In this document: positions 26,313 through 37,925 of the stretch, one piece after another
Position numbering within the stretch: the stretch's first letter is position 1
How the letters are laid out: every line of letters starts with the position of its first letter
From: Chiloscyllium plagiosum
Taxonomy: Eukaryota
Length of the DNA stretch: 64,000 nt
NCBI RefSeq assembly: GCF_004010195.1
Contig: NC_057747.1
Coordinates: forward strand, 27,564,727-27,628,726
Direction: 5' to 3'
The notes under the pieces: model-generated
Databases searched by the model: none
What the model was told of the DNA's origin: nothing
The model's input: only the letters and a program-made list of their open reading frames with translations
Position numbers and translations under genes: made by a program

Positions 26313-27144
26313 AACACAAATTCCCAGCTCGGCGAACAGAACCACAACAACGAGCACCCGAGCTACAAATCTTCTCACAAATTTTGAATATTTCAGATCA
26401 TTATCGGAAGACCGATGTATTTCTCGCTCTGCAACAAAAATTATTCTTAGTCACTCCAGAAAACATGCATCTTCTAATCTTCAAACATAACTTTAATGCC
26501 AAATTAGTAATGTGAGATTAAAAAATGCCCTACATTTAAGTGTTCATTTGAAGAATAATAAATCAGTCAGCAAAATATGCCATTGGTTTGACATCAAATT
26601 TCACAAATATTCAGCTGTTAACGAACTCAACAAACCAGCCAAATCACGTATGTTGATTTGGCTTCTTCAACTGTCTCAATAGAAGGCAATTTGGATAAGG
26701 AAACGTTCCCAAGCAGATAATGGGAAACAGAGTCTTCAATACGGAAAGGAAACAGGACATGAAATGTTAACATCACCTTTGACTGAACTTGAAGTTAATT
26801 TGCCAAATATTACTAACTAAAATTATGACATCAAAACACTATCAATCTTTTCAATTGAAGTCACTACCAATACAAGTATCTGTGACAACAATATGATGAT
26901 CACAAAGAACTGCAGATGCTGGAAGTCAAACAAAGATGCTGGAAAAATACAGGTCTGGCAACATCTGTAGAGAGAAAACCGTTGTTATAGATATGGATAA
27001 ATTTTCTATAACACACCTGTATTATAATAATGCTTCACTTTGGGAGTAAAGTAAAAAAGGAGGAAAAGGTATGAAGCAATGTTAAGGTTTCAAATTTGCA
27101 CAACATTTTATTGACAATTCTCACTTGTCTTAAAGCCAAAGCAG

Positions 27145-27275
27145 GTCCTGAAGAAGGGTCATGGCTGAAATGCTGATTGTCTTGCTCCTTGGATGCTACC
27201 TGATCTGCTGTGCCTTTTTCCAGCACCACACTTCAACTCTGATTTCTCCAGCATCTGCAGTCCCCATTGTCTTCC
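27145..27275 (+). mobile_element. Decayed family-A PLE terminus
   Basis: CTGAAGA-agggtcatggct-GAAA followed by the ctccttggatgct...ttccagcaccacac tail; a further partial antisense copy lies near 26905-26980. Confidence 0.6.
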
Positions 27276-27542
27276 AGTCACTACTCAGCAAAATATCAGA
27301 GGCGTGGAATTTCTATTTGTAAGCATAATTCAGAGTCTTTTCTTTCACCTGCTTTCACTTCTTTTAATAGTTACTGACTTTCATGTGAAAGCAACAGCAG
27401 GGAAGATAATGCAGAGCACTTTTTCTCACCGACAAAACAAGGTAGATGTTCTCAAGGTTTAAACATTTCAAGAATGAAAGAGTTCCTTCTTGCTGTGAAG
27501 TATATTAATTACTAATTAAAAATGTGAACCCATTTCACTTAC

Positions 27543-27677
27543 AAAACATTCTGCTGCATCATCCATGATCCCCATCTGGAAGCGCTGTTCATCTTGAAAG
27601 GTTTTGGCAAGAGCACTACGCAAAGCATCAGATGGCAACACCTTTTCTTTGCTGTATTGGAACTGAGTGAAGATTCC
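27543..27677 (-). CDS. USP54: USP54 coding exon 3 ([45 protein letters not shown])
   Basis: 135 nt, phase 0-0; acceptor tttcctttag|, donor TTT|gtaagt; contains the USP QxDAxE-like motif (MDDAAECF). Confidence 0.95.
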
Positions 27678-27869
27678 CTAAAGGAAATAAATAGCAGCCA
27701 TTCACTCCAAAATGTCTGTGAAATCTGTCCTAATTTTAACCTTTTTAGCCCTAATATCTTGGCAGTAATACTGCAAAGTGTATTTGTGGTCATTAACCTT
27801 ACTATAAATTCAGATCGTTCCCATGAGCTTGGAGAAATGCACTACATAATGAAACAACATGTTCTAAGA

Positions 27870-28720
27870 TAGAGTCATAGAATCAGAGATATATAGCATG
27901 GAAACAGACCCTTCGGTCCAACTCATCCATGCTGACCAGATATTCCAAATAAATTTAGTCCCATTTGCCAGTATTTGGCCCATATCCCTCTAAACCCTTC
28001 CTATTCATATACCCATCTAGGTGCCTTTTGTATGGTGTAATTGTACCAGCCTCCATTATTTCCTCTAGAAGCTTATTCCATACATGCACCACTCTCTGCA
28101 TAAGAAAGTTGCCCCTCAGGTCCCTACTAAATCTTTCCCCTCTCACCCTAAACCTATACCCTCTAGGTTTGGACTCCCTGACCTGGGGAAAAGACCTTAT
28201 CTATTTACCCTATCGATGCCTCTCATGATTTTATAAATCTCCATAAGGTCACCTCTCAATCTCTGATGCTCCAGGGAAAATAGCCCAAGTCCAGTCATAG
28301 AGTTATACAGTATGGAAACAACCACTTTAGGACAACTTGTCTGTGCTGACCAGACGTCCTAGATGGATTCTGTAAGATTTGGCAGCATTTGGCCCATATC
28401 CCTCCATACCCTCCCTATGCTTGTACACATCCAGATGCTGTTAAGTGTTGTAATTGTACCCATCTCCACCACCTCCGTTGGCAGTTTATCCTTACACACA
28501 CCACCCTCTGCGTCCCTTTTAAATATTTCTCCTCTTACCTTAAACTAAGCCCTCAGGTTTTGGACTCCCCTACCCTGGGAAAAAGACCTTGGCTATTCAC
28601 CCTACATTTGCCCCTCATGGGGTCTATAAGGTCACTCCCTCAGCCTCAGACGTTCCGGAAAAAAGGCTCAGCCTATCCAGCCTCTACCTATAACACAAAC
28701 CCTCCAATTCCAGCAACATA
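27870..28720 (-). mobile_element. Two tandem CR1/HER1-type 3'-end fragments
   Basis: Track ORF 27955..28146 (RDLRGNFLMQRVVHVWNKL...) and AGAGTCAT tails at about 27870 and 28295. Confidence 0.85.
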
Positions 28721-29545
28721 AGCGGACATAGGAACTTTGTCAAAGATGACTACTTTGCCTCTTTACTATGAGGATGTTGGGGACAAAAAGAATGGCAATG
28801 CTGCAGTGAAAGGTTTAATTACTTTAAATAAAATTTCCACCCAGATAGGTTAAAGTAGTAAAGTAATATCTCAAGTTCAGCAAATCTCAAAGTCTGTATA
28901 GCAGACTTTACATTATTCTTAAGGATACAGCTCACCACCACCTTCTTAAGGGCAACTAGAGACACGCAATAAATGCTAGCCAGCCAGTGAGGCCCGCATC
29001 CTGCAAATGAATTAAAAAAGGAACTTTGTAACTTTCCACTTATGAGGTCTCAGTTAATGCTAAACAGTCTATGATCTTATCTGCAACATGAACATCATAT
29101 GCCAATGCTAGCTCCAGACCACCACCAATCGTATATCCATCTACTGCAATCCCTCAATCTCCCAACCAGCAATAATGCTACTTTCAATGATGATCCATAA
29201 ATAGAGCTTAAAGATACTTGTTTTCAATAAAGCTTTCAGAGAACTGAATCATCACTGGATAGCACTGAAGCCTCTGAATTAGAATGACACGGATTCAGGT
29301 CAGAGATTTCAATGCAGAGTCCAGGGACAGTCTACAGTACACTAGTAAAGCACAACAGTATAAGTACACATTTATCTATCAACAAACATCCAAACATTTA
29401 CCTTATTCCAACTTGTGGGGAAGTTTGTGTACAAATCTGTAACTGAATGAAACCAATGGCAATAACTTGAATGATACCAATTTTCTTGGATTATTTTAAA
29501 GTCCATTATGGTGAGGAGTTAAAGGTTGAAAACATAGCCATTTTG

Positions 29546-29599
29546 TTACCAAGATACAGCACAACAGCAATATTACCAAGATATAGCACAACACCAATA
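29546..29599. repeat. 27-bp tandem duplication (2 copies)
   Basis: TTACCAAGATACAGCACAACAGCAATA / TTACCAAGATATAGCACAACACCAATA. Confidence 0.9.
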
Positions 29600-31561
29600 A
29601 CTGATGTCTCAGAAATACATGACTCTGCATCTTGCAGAAACAGATCAATCTACAGTACTGAAATTCACCTGTAGCAGAAGAACTATTCTAGGTTTGTGCA
29701 TTTCTAGGAAATGGAGAACAGAGAGCTTGTTAAAGCTCTCCACAAACTTTTCCATAAATATCCTCTCGCTGAAAACAAAGCTTCTCCTTTTTGTGATATT
29801 TCAATAAAAATCTTAGCCATGATCATCTCTAAATAGTCTAAGATTAAGAACTTTCTGAACGCTGACTACAAAAGGTGAGAAGCTCAGCACGTGGCCTAAG
29901 GCAGGGTGCTATCAGGCAGAACTTAGGTTGAGAATATAGTTTATAGAGTCGTTATGATAGTGCCTGATTTCACCAAATATACAGCAAGAAAATTCAACCA
30001 CATTAATCCCAGGATTTTGTCAACTGTTCATTTTATGTTCAATTGTGACAGGAACAAGGAACAAAAGAAATTTTTCTCTTTTGATTTTTGTATACAAGAG
30101 AAAGGAGACACTAAACTGATAGTCAAACTTTCCATTAGGCTTTTTAAATTGAGCACAATAATCACACATGGCTCAGTAATTTCTACATGAATACATTGTC
30201 ATGTAACAACAAGTGATCATAGAGAAATAGAGTTCACAGGAATCACCGCATTTGTCTCAGAAGACGAACACTGGAAGTCTCATACTGAACCCCTGAATGT
30301 GAAAGTGATTGCCCTTGACATTAGGGCAGTATTTGACAGTGTGGCATCAAAGCGCCCCAACAAACTTGAATTGAATGAGAATTGGGGAAAACTCTCCCAT
30401 TTTTTGGAGTCATACCGAGCATAAAGATGGTTGTCATAATTTGAAATCAATCATCTCTGTCACAAGAAGCAGTACAGGAGCTTCTCAGGATAGATATTTC
30501 TAATCAACCTGTTCAGATTTGTATGGGGCAGGTGGGAACTGAACAGAAGCCTCCTGGCCCAGAGGAAGGAACACTACTACTGTGCCACAAAGCCCCTAAT
30601 TCCTCCTAGGTCCATTTAGTTATTCAGTCATAGAGATGTACAGCACGAAAACAGACCCTTCGGTTTAATCCCATTTGCCAGACCTTGGTCCACAACCCTC
30701 TAACCCCTTCCTATTCAGATGCCTTGTAAATTTTATAATCGTACTAGCCTCCACCACTTCCAATGGCAGCTCATTCCATACAAGCATCGCCCTCTGTATG
30801 ACAAAGTTGCCCCTTAGATCCCTTTTAAATCTTACCCCTCTCACCATAAACCTACTCACCCCTCAGCCGCTTCATTCGAGACATTCCCTCTATCATAATG
30901 TTGGAAATGGGAATATTCATTGATGATTGTACCAGGCTCAGTACTATTTGCAACTTTGCTCAATTGGAAACAGCTTGTGTTCATATGTAGCAAGATCTGG
31001 ACAACACTCAGGTCTGGGTAGATAAATGGCAAGTAACATTTGTGCCATAAAAATGTTTGACAATAACTATTTCCAACAAGAGAATCTAAGTGTCACCCCT
31101 TAACAACCAATGCTATTACCATTGCTGAATCCACCATTAACAACATCCCAAGGGTTATCATTGACCAGAAGTGGAATGGTAAAGCCATATAAATAATCAG
31201 GCCACAGCAGCAAAGCAGAGGATGGAAATTCTGCAGTGAGTAACTCACCTCCTCAACTTCCCAAAGCCTGTCTACCACCAACAAGGCACAAATCAGGAAT
31301 GTGATGGAATCCTCCCAACTTACCTGGATGTGTGCAGCTCCAACACTATCAATGGCAAAGTAGCCCACTAAATTTAGCACTGCATCCATCACTGAAGCAC
31401 AGTAACAGCAAAGTATACCATTTGCAAGGTGCATTGTTCAATTCAACAACTTCCTTTGACAGCACCTTCCAAAGCCAAGGATTCTACCAACTAGACGGAT
31501 AAAGGCAATGGATGTATGAGAACACATTGCCTGCAAATGAATATTCATGCCACATATCATC

Positions 31562-31788
31562 GAGAGAAAGTGAGGGCTGCAGATGCTGGAGATCAGAGCT
31601 GAAAATGTGTTGCTGGAAAAGCGCAGCAGGTCAGGCAGCATCCAAGGAACAGGAGAATCGACGTTTCGGGCATAAGCCCTTCTTCAGGAATCCTGATTCC
31701 TGAAGAAGGGCTTATGCCCGAAACGTCGATTCTCCTGTTCCTTGGATGCTGCCTGACCTGCTGTGCTTTTCCAGCAACACATTTTCAG
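31562..31788. mobile_element. Young family-A palindromic PLE-terminus insertion with a hammerhead core in each arm
   Basis: 95-bp arms at 31598-31692 and 31695-31789 with one mismatch and a 2-nt spacer; 16-bp TSD CATGCCACATATCATC at 31546-31561 and 31789-31804. Confidence 0.92.
31695..31732 (+). ncRNA. Minimal hammerhead motif (family A); mirror copy on the - strand at 31655-31692
   Basis: GAUUC-CUGAAGA-A-[GGGC uuau GCCC]-GAAA-CGUC^-GAUUC; helix I pairs 4 of 5 with a U.U mismatch (the copy at about 62085 has the fully pairing GAAU). Confidence 0.65.
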
Positions 31789-32555
31789 CATGCCACATAT
31801 CATCCTGACTTTGAACTATAATTGTAATTTCTTCACTGTCATTAGATCAAAAGTCTGGATCTTCTGTCTGAACAACACTGTGGGACTGCCTGTGCCATAT
31901 GGACCAAATCAGTTCAAGATGATGATTCACGAGCAACTTCGAGAGCAATTGGGGCTGAAGAGTAAAAGCTGGCCTGGTCAGTACAGTCTACATTCCTTAA
32001 AGTGAATAAATGAAGAAAATGTAAAATTACAAATTCACTGCTGTAACATTTCTCATACTGTTTCCAATGATGGATGGATGTGAAAATCAAGCATGTTTTA
32101 GCGTGCAATACAACAGAAAAGGTATTGACATTTTCCCAACAGTTTCTTGTCACAGAATATAATTTTGGTTCACAGGCATAGCTCACAGAACAAAATTCTG
32201 AAGTCAGTTTGCTTATGGAATTCTTCTTGTGAAATTTATTCTTGATCACAAAAAGGGTCTTAATGCCTTTAAGGAGAAAACAGTACATGTTAATTTAGCT
32301 TTTTTTCCAAAAGTTCTCAGAAAAAAGTTGAAGTGCTGTGAAATTAATTTTTTGTGTCGATCATCTCTGCTGTTTCATTTGCTCTTCACTGATTTGAAGT
32401 GGCTTTGACTGCAGTCCAGTATGGTCCCAATGACTTTTAAAGATGTAATTTAAGCAGATTGCTAAGTCAATTTTTCAATATAAAATTAATTGTTGGGTTG
32501 CCATTTTCAATTCAGATGTTTTTGTGAACGTACAATTATATCAACTAAGCATATT

Positions 32556-32692
32556 AGACCCACTAAATGGGCTCTTGTGGCAGAGTGGCAGTGTCCCTAC
32601 CTCTGAGCCAGAAGACCTGGGTTCAAGACCCACCTGTCCATCAGTGCCTACGAACATATCTGAACATGCTAATCAGAAAATATCTATTACAC
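32556..32692 (+). mobile_element. Short tRNA-derived SINE (third family)
   Basis: A-box TGGCAGAGTGG, B-box GGTTCAAGACC; 14-bp TSD CAACTAAGCATATT at 32542-32555 and 32693-32706; related copies near 34030-34140 (+) and 30525-30597 (-). Confidence 0.8.
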
Positions 32693-32809
32693 CAACTAAG
32701 CATATTTTACATGATAAGTGAACTCGAGGGTTTGGATACAACTGTCCCACAGTTATGATATGAACTTCAAACTGCACGAACTGCAATTCTTCAGGACTGT
32801 AAAAACAAA

Positions 32810-32965
32810 GATGCTTAAGATATGAAACAAAATTAGAAATTGCTGGACAAACTCAGGTATGGCAGCACCTGTTCTGAAGCAAGGTCATTGCAACCAAACA
32901 TGAACTCTGCTTTCTCTCTGCAGATGCTGCCAGACCAGAGTTTCTCCAGCAATTTCTGTTTGTGT
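32810..32965. mobile_element. Decayed palindromic PLE-terminus insertion
   Basis: agaaattgctgga ... tccagcaatttct inverted arms around a decayed ttctgaagcaaggtca core. Confidence 0.6.
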
Positions 32966-32999
32966 TGTGATTATGTTTATTGGCTGGAATTATCATAAT

Positions 33000-33330
33000 C
33001 AATATAGAGATAGGCTTTTTCCCAGGGTGAAGGATTCAATAACGTGAGGTCACGCTTTCAAGGTGAGAGATGAAAAGTTGAAGAGGGAAATACGCAGCAA
33101 GTACTTTACACAGAGGGTGGAGTGTGTGTGGAATACATTGCCAGCTGAGACAGTAGAGGTAGGCACAGTAGATTCATTTAAGATGCGTCTGGACAGATGC
33201 ACGAGTAGGTGGGGAGCAGAGGGATACAGATGCTTAGGAATTAGGTGACAGGCTTAGACAGCGGATTTGGATCGGCTCAGGCCTGGAGGGCCGAAGGGCC
33301 TGTTTCCTGGGCTGTAAATGTTCTTTGTTC
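33000..33330 (+). mobile_element. CR1-type LINE 3' end
   Basis: Track ORF 33063..33248 (YFTQRVECVWNTLPAE...); terminal GAGGGCCGAAGGGCCTG stem and TGTTCTT tail. Confidence 0.85.
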
Positions 33331-33340
33331 AATTCTAGAA

Positions 33341-34599
33341 GATCTGTTGTACTTGACTCACTGTCTCCCTGTTGTACTTGACACTTTATAGGAGTAGGAC
33401 CAGGAATTTCCACTGGTTTAGTGGAAATTTTCAAACCCAGCTCCTTATTAGAGGTGTAGTAACCCTGAGGATAAACTCATCTGTAGTCACCTTTTTCGAA
33501 TGAGAACAGCCCTATGGTCCTTTGGGACTATGGCAACAATATCTAGCAAGATGATACCTTCCCTTTATTGAGGAAGAAAGAATGTGCACATTTTCAGCCT
33601 TCACATGGGCACCACACACTAGTTAACGGAAAGAAAAAATTCTCAATCTTTGTGAATCACCAATAGCAGTGATAGTTATAGGAATCAGCTTCATGTAACA
33701 AAAACACACTCAAGGGAACTGCCAATGGCCTGTTGCTAATACAGCCAAAAAGTATTGTGTCTTGATTATACGTGTTAGCATACCTATGTCTCAACTGACA
33801 GTGAAGTGAATAGAGGGTACAACGACAGTAGCTCATGCTTACATCATATCCACCCCTGAATCCAAACAGAAGCATATTAATTAGACCAGTCCAAACCTAT
33901 CAACTGCTGAGTTTCTCTGCTGCACTGCACTGCACACTTAACACTTCTCATGTTTAAACAGCAACTTGCTCTTCTAAGTTTAGGCCAGGCGCCCAATTTC
34001 AGTTTAAAACATCTGAAACAATCCAGTTGAGGGAGTCAATAGAGGGAGATTTCATACCTCTGAGCCAAGGAGCCTGGGTTCAAGTCCCACCTGCTCCAGA
34101 CATGTGAAACAGCATCTTCGATTAAGTTTACGAGAAAATCTCGAGATACAGAGACATCAGTTCAAACTGGTAACTGGATGTCAAGGTACAAGTCTGGGGT
34201 GGGGGAGGATTGCCAGTTAAGTGTCACAATGTTGGATAAGCAAAATAACAGCTGAAATGGATATTTTGGTTATTTATTTGTAGGCAGCAGCTGACATGAA
34301 CATGATAATGTTGATGGCTTGAAAGTTTCCAATGGTGAGTGTCTTTGTCGACAGTCATGGATTTGTACATGTGGAATGCTTGTGGAGTGGTTACCTTCTC
34401 CAGGCTGCATCTTATATCCAGGTATTTGCTGTCAATATCAGCAGAATCATTTATGAGGCATGAAGACAACAAAGTGTATTCTATTCCCAGTAAACAATTC
34501 GTCAAAGCTTAACTAGTTGACACAGGCTTGGAAATTTTGATTAAACCAGTGGAAATTTCAGGGCCTATAAGATGACATGTGTGTCAAGTAGACCAGATC
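33341..34599. mobile_element. Unclassified 1.26-kb element with about 80-100-bp imperfect terminal inverted repeats
   Basis: Left GATCTGTTGTACTTGACTCAC...TTATAGG...GAATTTCCACTGGTTTAGTGGAAATTTTCAAACCCAG matches the reverse complement of the right end, GATCTGGTCTACTTGACACAC...TTATAGG...AAATTTCCACTGGTTTAATCAAAATTTCCAAGCCTG. Confidence 0.6.
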
Positions 34600-34607
34600 C
34601 TGAAAAT

Positions 34608-36560
34608 CATAGAACATAGAACATTACAGCGCAGTACAGGCCCTTCGGCCCTCGATGTTGCGCCGCCCTGTCATACTAATCTGAAGCGCAACCCACTGAC
34701 ATGATTCCGTGTACGTCCATTTGCCTGTCCAATGACGACTTCAATGCACTTAAACTTGGCGAATCTACTACCGATGCAGGCAAAGCATTCCATACCCTTA
34801 CTACTCTCGGAGTAAAGAAACTACCTCTGACATCTGTCTTATACTTATCGCCCTTCGCTTTAAAGTTGTGTCCCCTCGTGTTTGTCGTCCCCATACTTGG
34901 AAAAAGGCTCTCCCTGTCCACCCTATCTAACCCTCTGATTATCTTGTATGTCTCTATTAAGTCACCTCTCAACCTTCTTCTCTCTAACGAGAACAGCCTC
35001 AAGGCCCTCAGCTTTTCTTCGTAAGACATTCCTTCCATACCAGGCAACATCCTAGTAAATCTCCTCTGCACCCTTTCCAAAGCTTCCACATCCTTCTTAT
35101 AATGCAGTGACCAGGACTGTACAAAATACTCCAAGTGTGGCCGTACCAGAGCTTTGTACAGCTGCAGCATAACCTCCTGGTTCCGGCACTCAATCCCTCT
35201 ATTAATAAAGGCCAAAATACTGTATGCCTTCTTAACAACCCTGTCAATCTGGGTGGCAACTTTCAGGGATCTGTGTACATGGACACCGAGATCTGACACC
35301 AAGATGAACATGTTCCATCAGCTACAACCCTCTGTTTTCTTTCAGCAAGCCAATTCCTGATCCAAACTGCTATGTCTCCCACAATCTCATTCCTCTGCAT
35401 TTTGTATAATAGCCTACTGTGGGGAACCTTATCGAACGCCTTGCTGAAATCCATATACGCCACATCAACTGGTTTAGTTTCATCTACCTGTTTGGTCACT
35501 TTGTCAAAAAACTCAATAAGGTTCGTTAGGCACGACCTACCCTTCACAAAACTGTGCTGACTGTCCCTGATCAGATTATTCTTTTCTAGATGGTTATAAA
35601 TCCTATCTCTTATAACCTTTTCCAACACTTTACCAACAACTGAAGTGAGACTCACTGGTCTGTAATTACCAGGGTTGTCTCTACTACCCTTTTTGAACAA
35701 GGGAACATTTGCTATCCTCCATTCCTCAGGCACTATTCCTGTAGACAATGATGATTTGAAGATCAATGCCAAAGGCTCGGCAATCTCTTCCCTTGCTTCC
35801 CAGAAAATCCAAGGATAAATCCCATACGGCCCAGGGGATTTCTCTATTTTCACACTCTGCAGTATTTCTAATACCTCTTCCTTGTGAACCTCAATCTCTT
35901 CTAGTCGAGATGCAAGTATCTCTGTATCTTCCTCACCAACATCTTCATTTTCTATAGTGAACACTGTCGAAAAATATTTATTTAGTGCTTCCCCTATCTC
36001 CTCTGACACTACACACAACTTCCGACTATTATCCTTGATTGGCCTTAATTTAACTCTCGTCATTCTTTTATTCCTGACATACCTATGGAAAACCTTAGGG
36101 TTAACCCTGATCCTATCCGCCAACAACTTCTCTTGACCCCTCCTGGCTCTTCTGAGCTCTCTTTTTAGGTCTTTCCTGACTTCCTTGTAACCCTCAAGCG
36201 CCCTAACTGAGTTTTCACATTTTGTCCTAACATAAGCCTTCTTCTTCTTGACCAGGGATTCCACTTCCTTAGTAAACCACGGCTCATGCGTTCTATATTT
36301 TCCTCCCTACCTGATAGGTACATACTTATCTAGGACACACAGGAGCTTTTCCTTGAATAAGCTCCACATTTTTAATGTGCTCATCCCCTGCAGTTTCCTT
36401 CCCCATTCTACGCTTCCTAAATCTTTCCTACTTGCATCGTAATTTCCCTTCCCCCAGCTGAAACTCTTGCTTGGTGGAGTACACCTATCCCTTTCCATCA
36501 CTAAAATAAACCTGACAGAATTGTGATCGCTGTCTCCAAAGTGCTCACCATCAGTTGTGA
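34608..36560 (-). mobile_element. Relatively young CR1/HER1-type LINE, 5'-truncated, with an internal RT deletion
   Basis: Track ORFs 36307..36573, 35263..36264 (KSPGP, NYRPVSLTSVVGK, GRSCLTNLIEFF, YMDFSKAFDKVPH) and 34676..35311; (TTCTATG) tail. Confidence 0.93.
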
Positions 36561-36849
36561 TAACTCTAGCCAATAAATATAACCTTCAGAACTGCAACTC
36601 ATTCAGTTTGAGTTTTTCATTTTGACTCTAAGATGGTTGCATACTCAAACCTTCGAGTTCAATTACATCATGTGAAACATATTTTCTTGGACTAATATAC
36701 TTAGCTGCATCCACCACAAAAAAAACAAAAGTTTAAAATCATAATCTAACTCAGGTAGCGAATGTTTTGCCCTCATTCAAAAAGGGCTACAAAGAAAAAC
36801 TGGTAAGCCTAACCTCCATGGGAGGAGAGGTCTTGACATCAGGGAGATA

Positions 36850-37385
36850 GGATACCAGCCTGCAAAACCTTTCAGGCAACATCTCTGGGACACACGCACC
36901 AAACAACCCCACTATTCTTTGGCCGACTACTTCAACTCCCCCTCTCACTCCCCAAGGACATGCAAGTCTTGGGCCTCCTCCACTGCCAAATCAAAGTCAC
37001 CCGAGAACTGGAGGAAGAATGCTTCATCCTCCATCTTGGGACCCTTGAATCACATAGCATCAACATCGATTTCACTAGTTTCCAAATTTCCCCTTACCTT
37101 ACCTCATCCCGGATCCAACCCTCCAACTCCTGGCCACCTCCTTCCCACCTACCTATCATAATTACCCCTCATCTGCATCTACCTCTGGCCTCCCCCTCCC
37201 CCCCCCCCCCCCAACCTCACCCTCTAATTTATCTCTCAGTCCCCTTCCCCCTCCACATTGCTGATGAAGGGCTTGTACCTGAAACATCGACTCTCCTGCT
37301 CCTCAGAAGCTGCCTGACCCGCTGTGCTTTCTCAGCGCCACACTTTTCAACTCTGACTCTCCAGCATCTACAGTCCTCATTCTCT
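36850..37385 (+). mobile_element. Penelope-like element 3' fragment: GIY-YIG C-terminus, 3' UTR and family-A terminus
   Basis: Frameshifted FRQHLWDTRTKQPH..LADYFNSPSHS / MQVLGLLHCQIKVTRELEEECFILHLGTLESHSINIDFTSF, then CTGATGA (37261-37267)...GAAA-CATC and the family-A tail. Confidence 0.82.
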
Positions 37386-37925
37386 CTTGGATATATCTGG
37401 TCAGGACCAGGAGATTTATGCACCTTCATGCATTCTAATACGTCTAACACCTCCTCTACTGTGATATGGACTGTCCCCAAGATATCACCACTAACTTCCC
37501 CAAGTTCCAAGTCCTCATGTCTTTCTCCAAGGTAAACACAAAGGAAAAATACTCATTGAAGACCTTGCCCACCTCCTGTGGTTCCACACATACATGTCCA
37601 CTTTGGTCTTTGAGGGGTGCTATTTTCTCTCTAGTTATTCTGTTTCCTTTAATATACTTAAAGAATCTCTTTGGATTCACCCTATTCTTCTTAGCCAAAG
37701 CAATCGTGTGCCCCATTTTCACCCTCCTGATTTCCTTCTTCAGTAAACTCCTGTATTCCCTGTATATCTCCAGGGATTCTCTTGGTCCCAGCTGCCTGTA
37801 CCTGAGTCATGCCTCCTCATCGTTTTCTTATCAAGGCCTCAATATCTCATCATCTAGGTTCCCTCCTCCTGCCAACCTTGCTCTTCACCCATACAGGAAC
37901 ATACAGACCTTGAACTCTAGCGATC
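37386..37925 (-). mobile_element. CR1 ORF2 internal fragment
   Basis: Track ORFs 37456..37722 and 37229..37510 (NPKRFFKYIKG, KSPGPDQIYPR). Confidence 0.85.

Larger units (their letters stand above)
25263..26386 (-). mobile_element. Penelope-like retroelement fragment with inverted terminal repeats (family C)
   Basis: Minus strand encodes pieces of a GIY-YIG C-terminus (HQLATKQHNQLSLVATHTDDKQH... and IIGQAKQRTTREFREAWHSSTDSINKHID); about 170-bp inverted termini (25261-25430 vs 26183-26353); direct flanking repeat AATATTTCAGATC at 25250-25262 and 26387-26399. Confidence 0.85.
30240..32010 (+). mobile_element. Decayed LINE of a second CR1/L2-like family, with nested insertions
   Basis: Remnants of ALDIRAVFD, QQDLDNTQVWVDKWQVTFVP; homologous to 52250-54260; interrupted by a SINE head (about 30525-30597, -), a CR1 3' end (about 30625-30860, -) and the palindrome below. 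Confidence 0.75.

Noticed and set aside
31512-31703. Recurrent peptide CRCWRSELKMCCWKSAAGQAAS…ENRRFGHK (also at about 25560 and 48020)
   Set aside because: Translation of the antisense arm of the family-A repeat, not a gene family.
35263-36264. 333-aa RT-like ORF as a functional or domesticated gene
   Set aside because: 5'-truncated CR1 ORF2 lacking the catalytic FADD region, with a normal CR1 3' tail.
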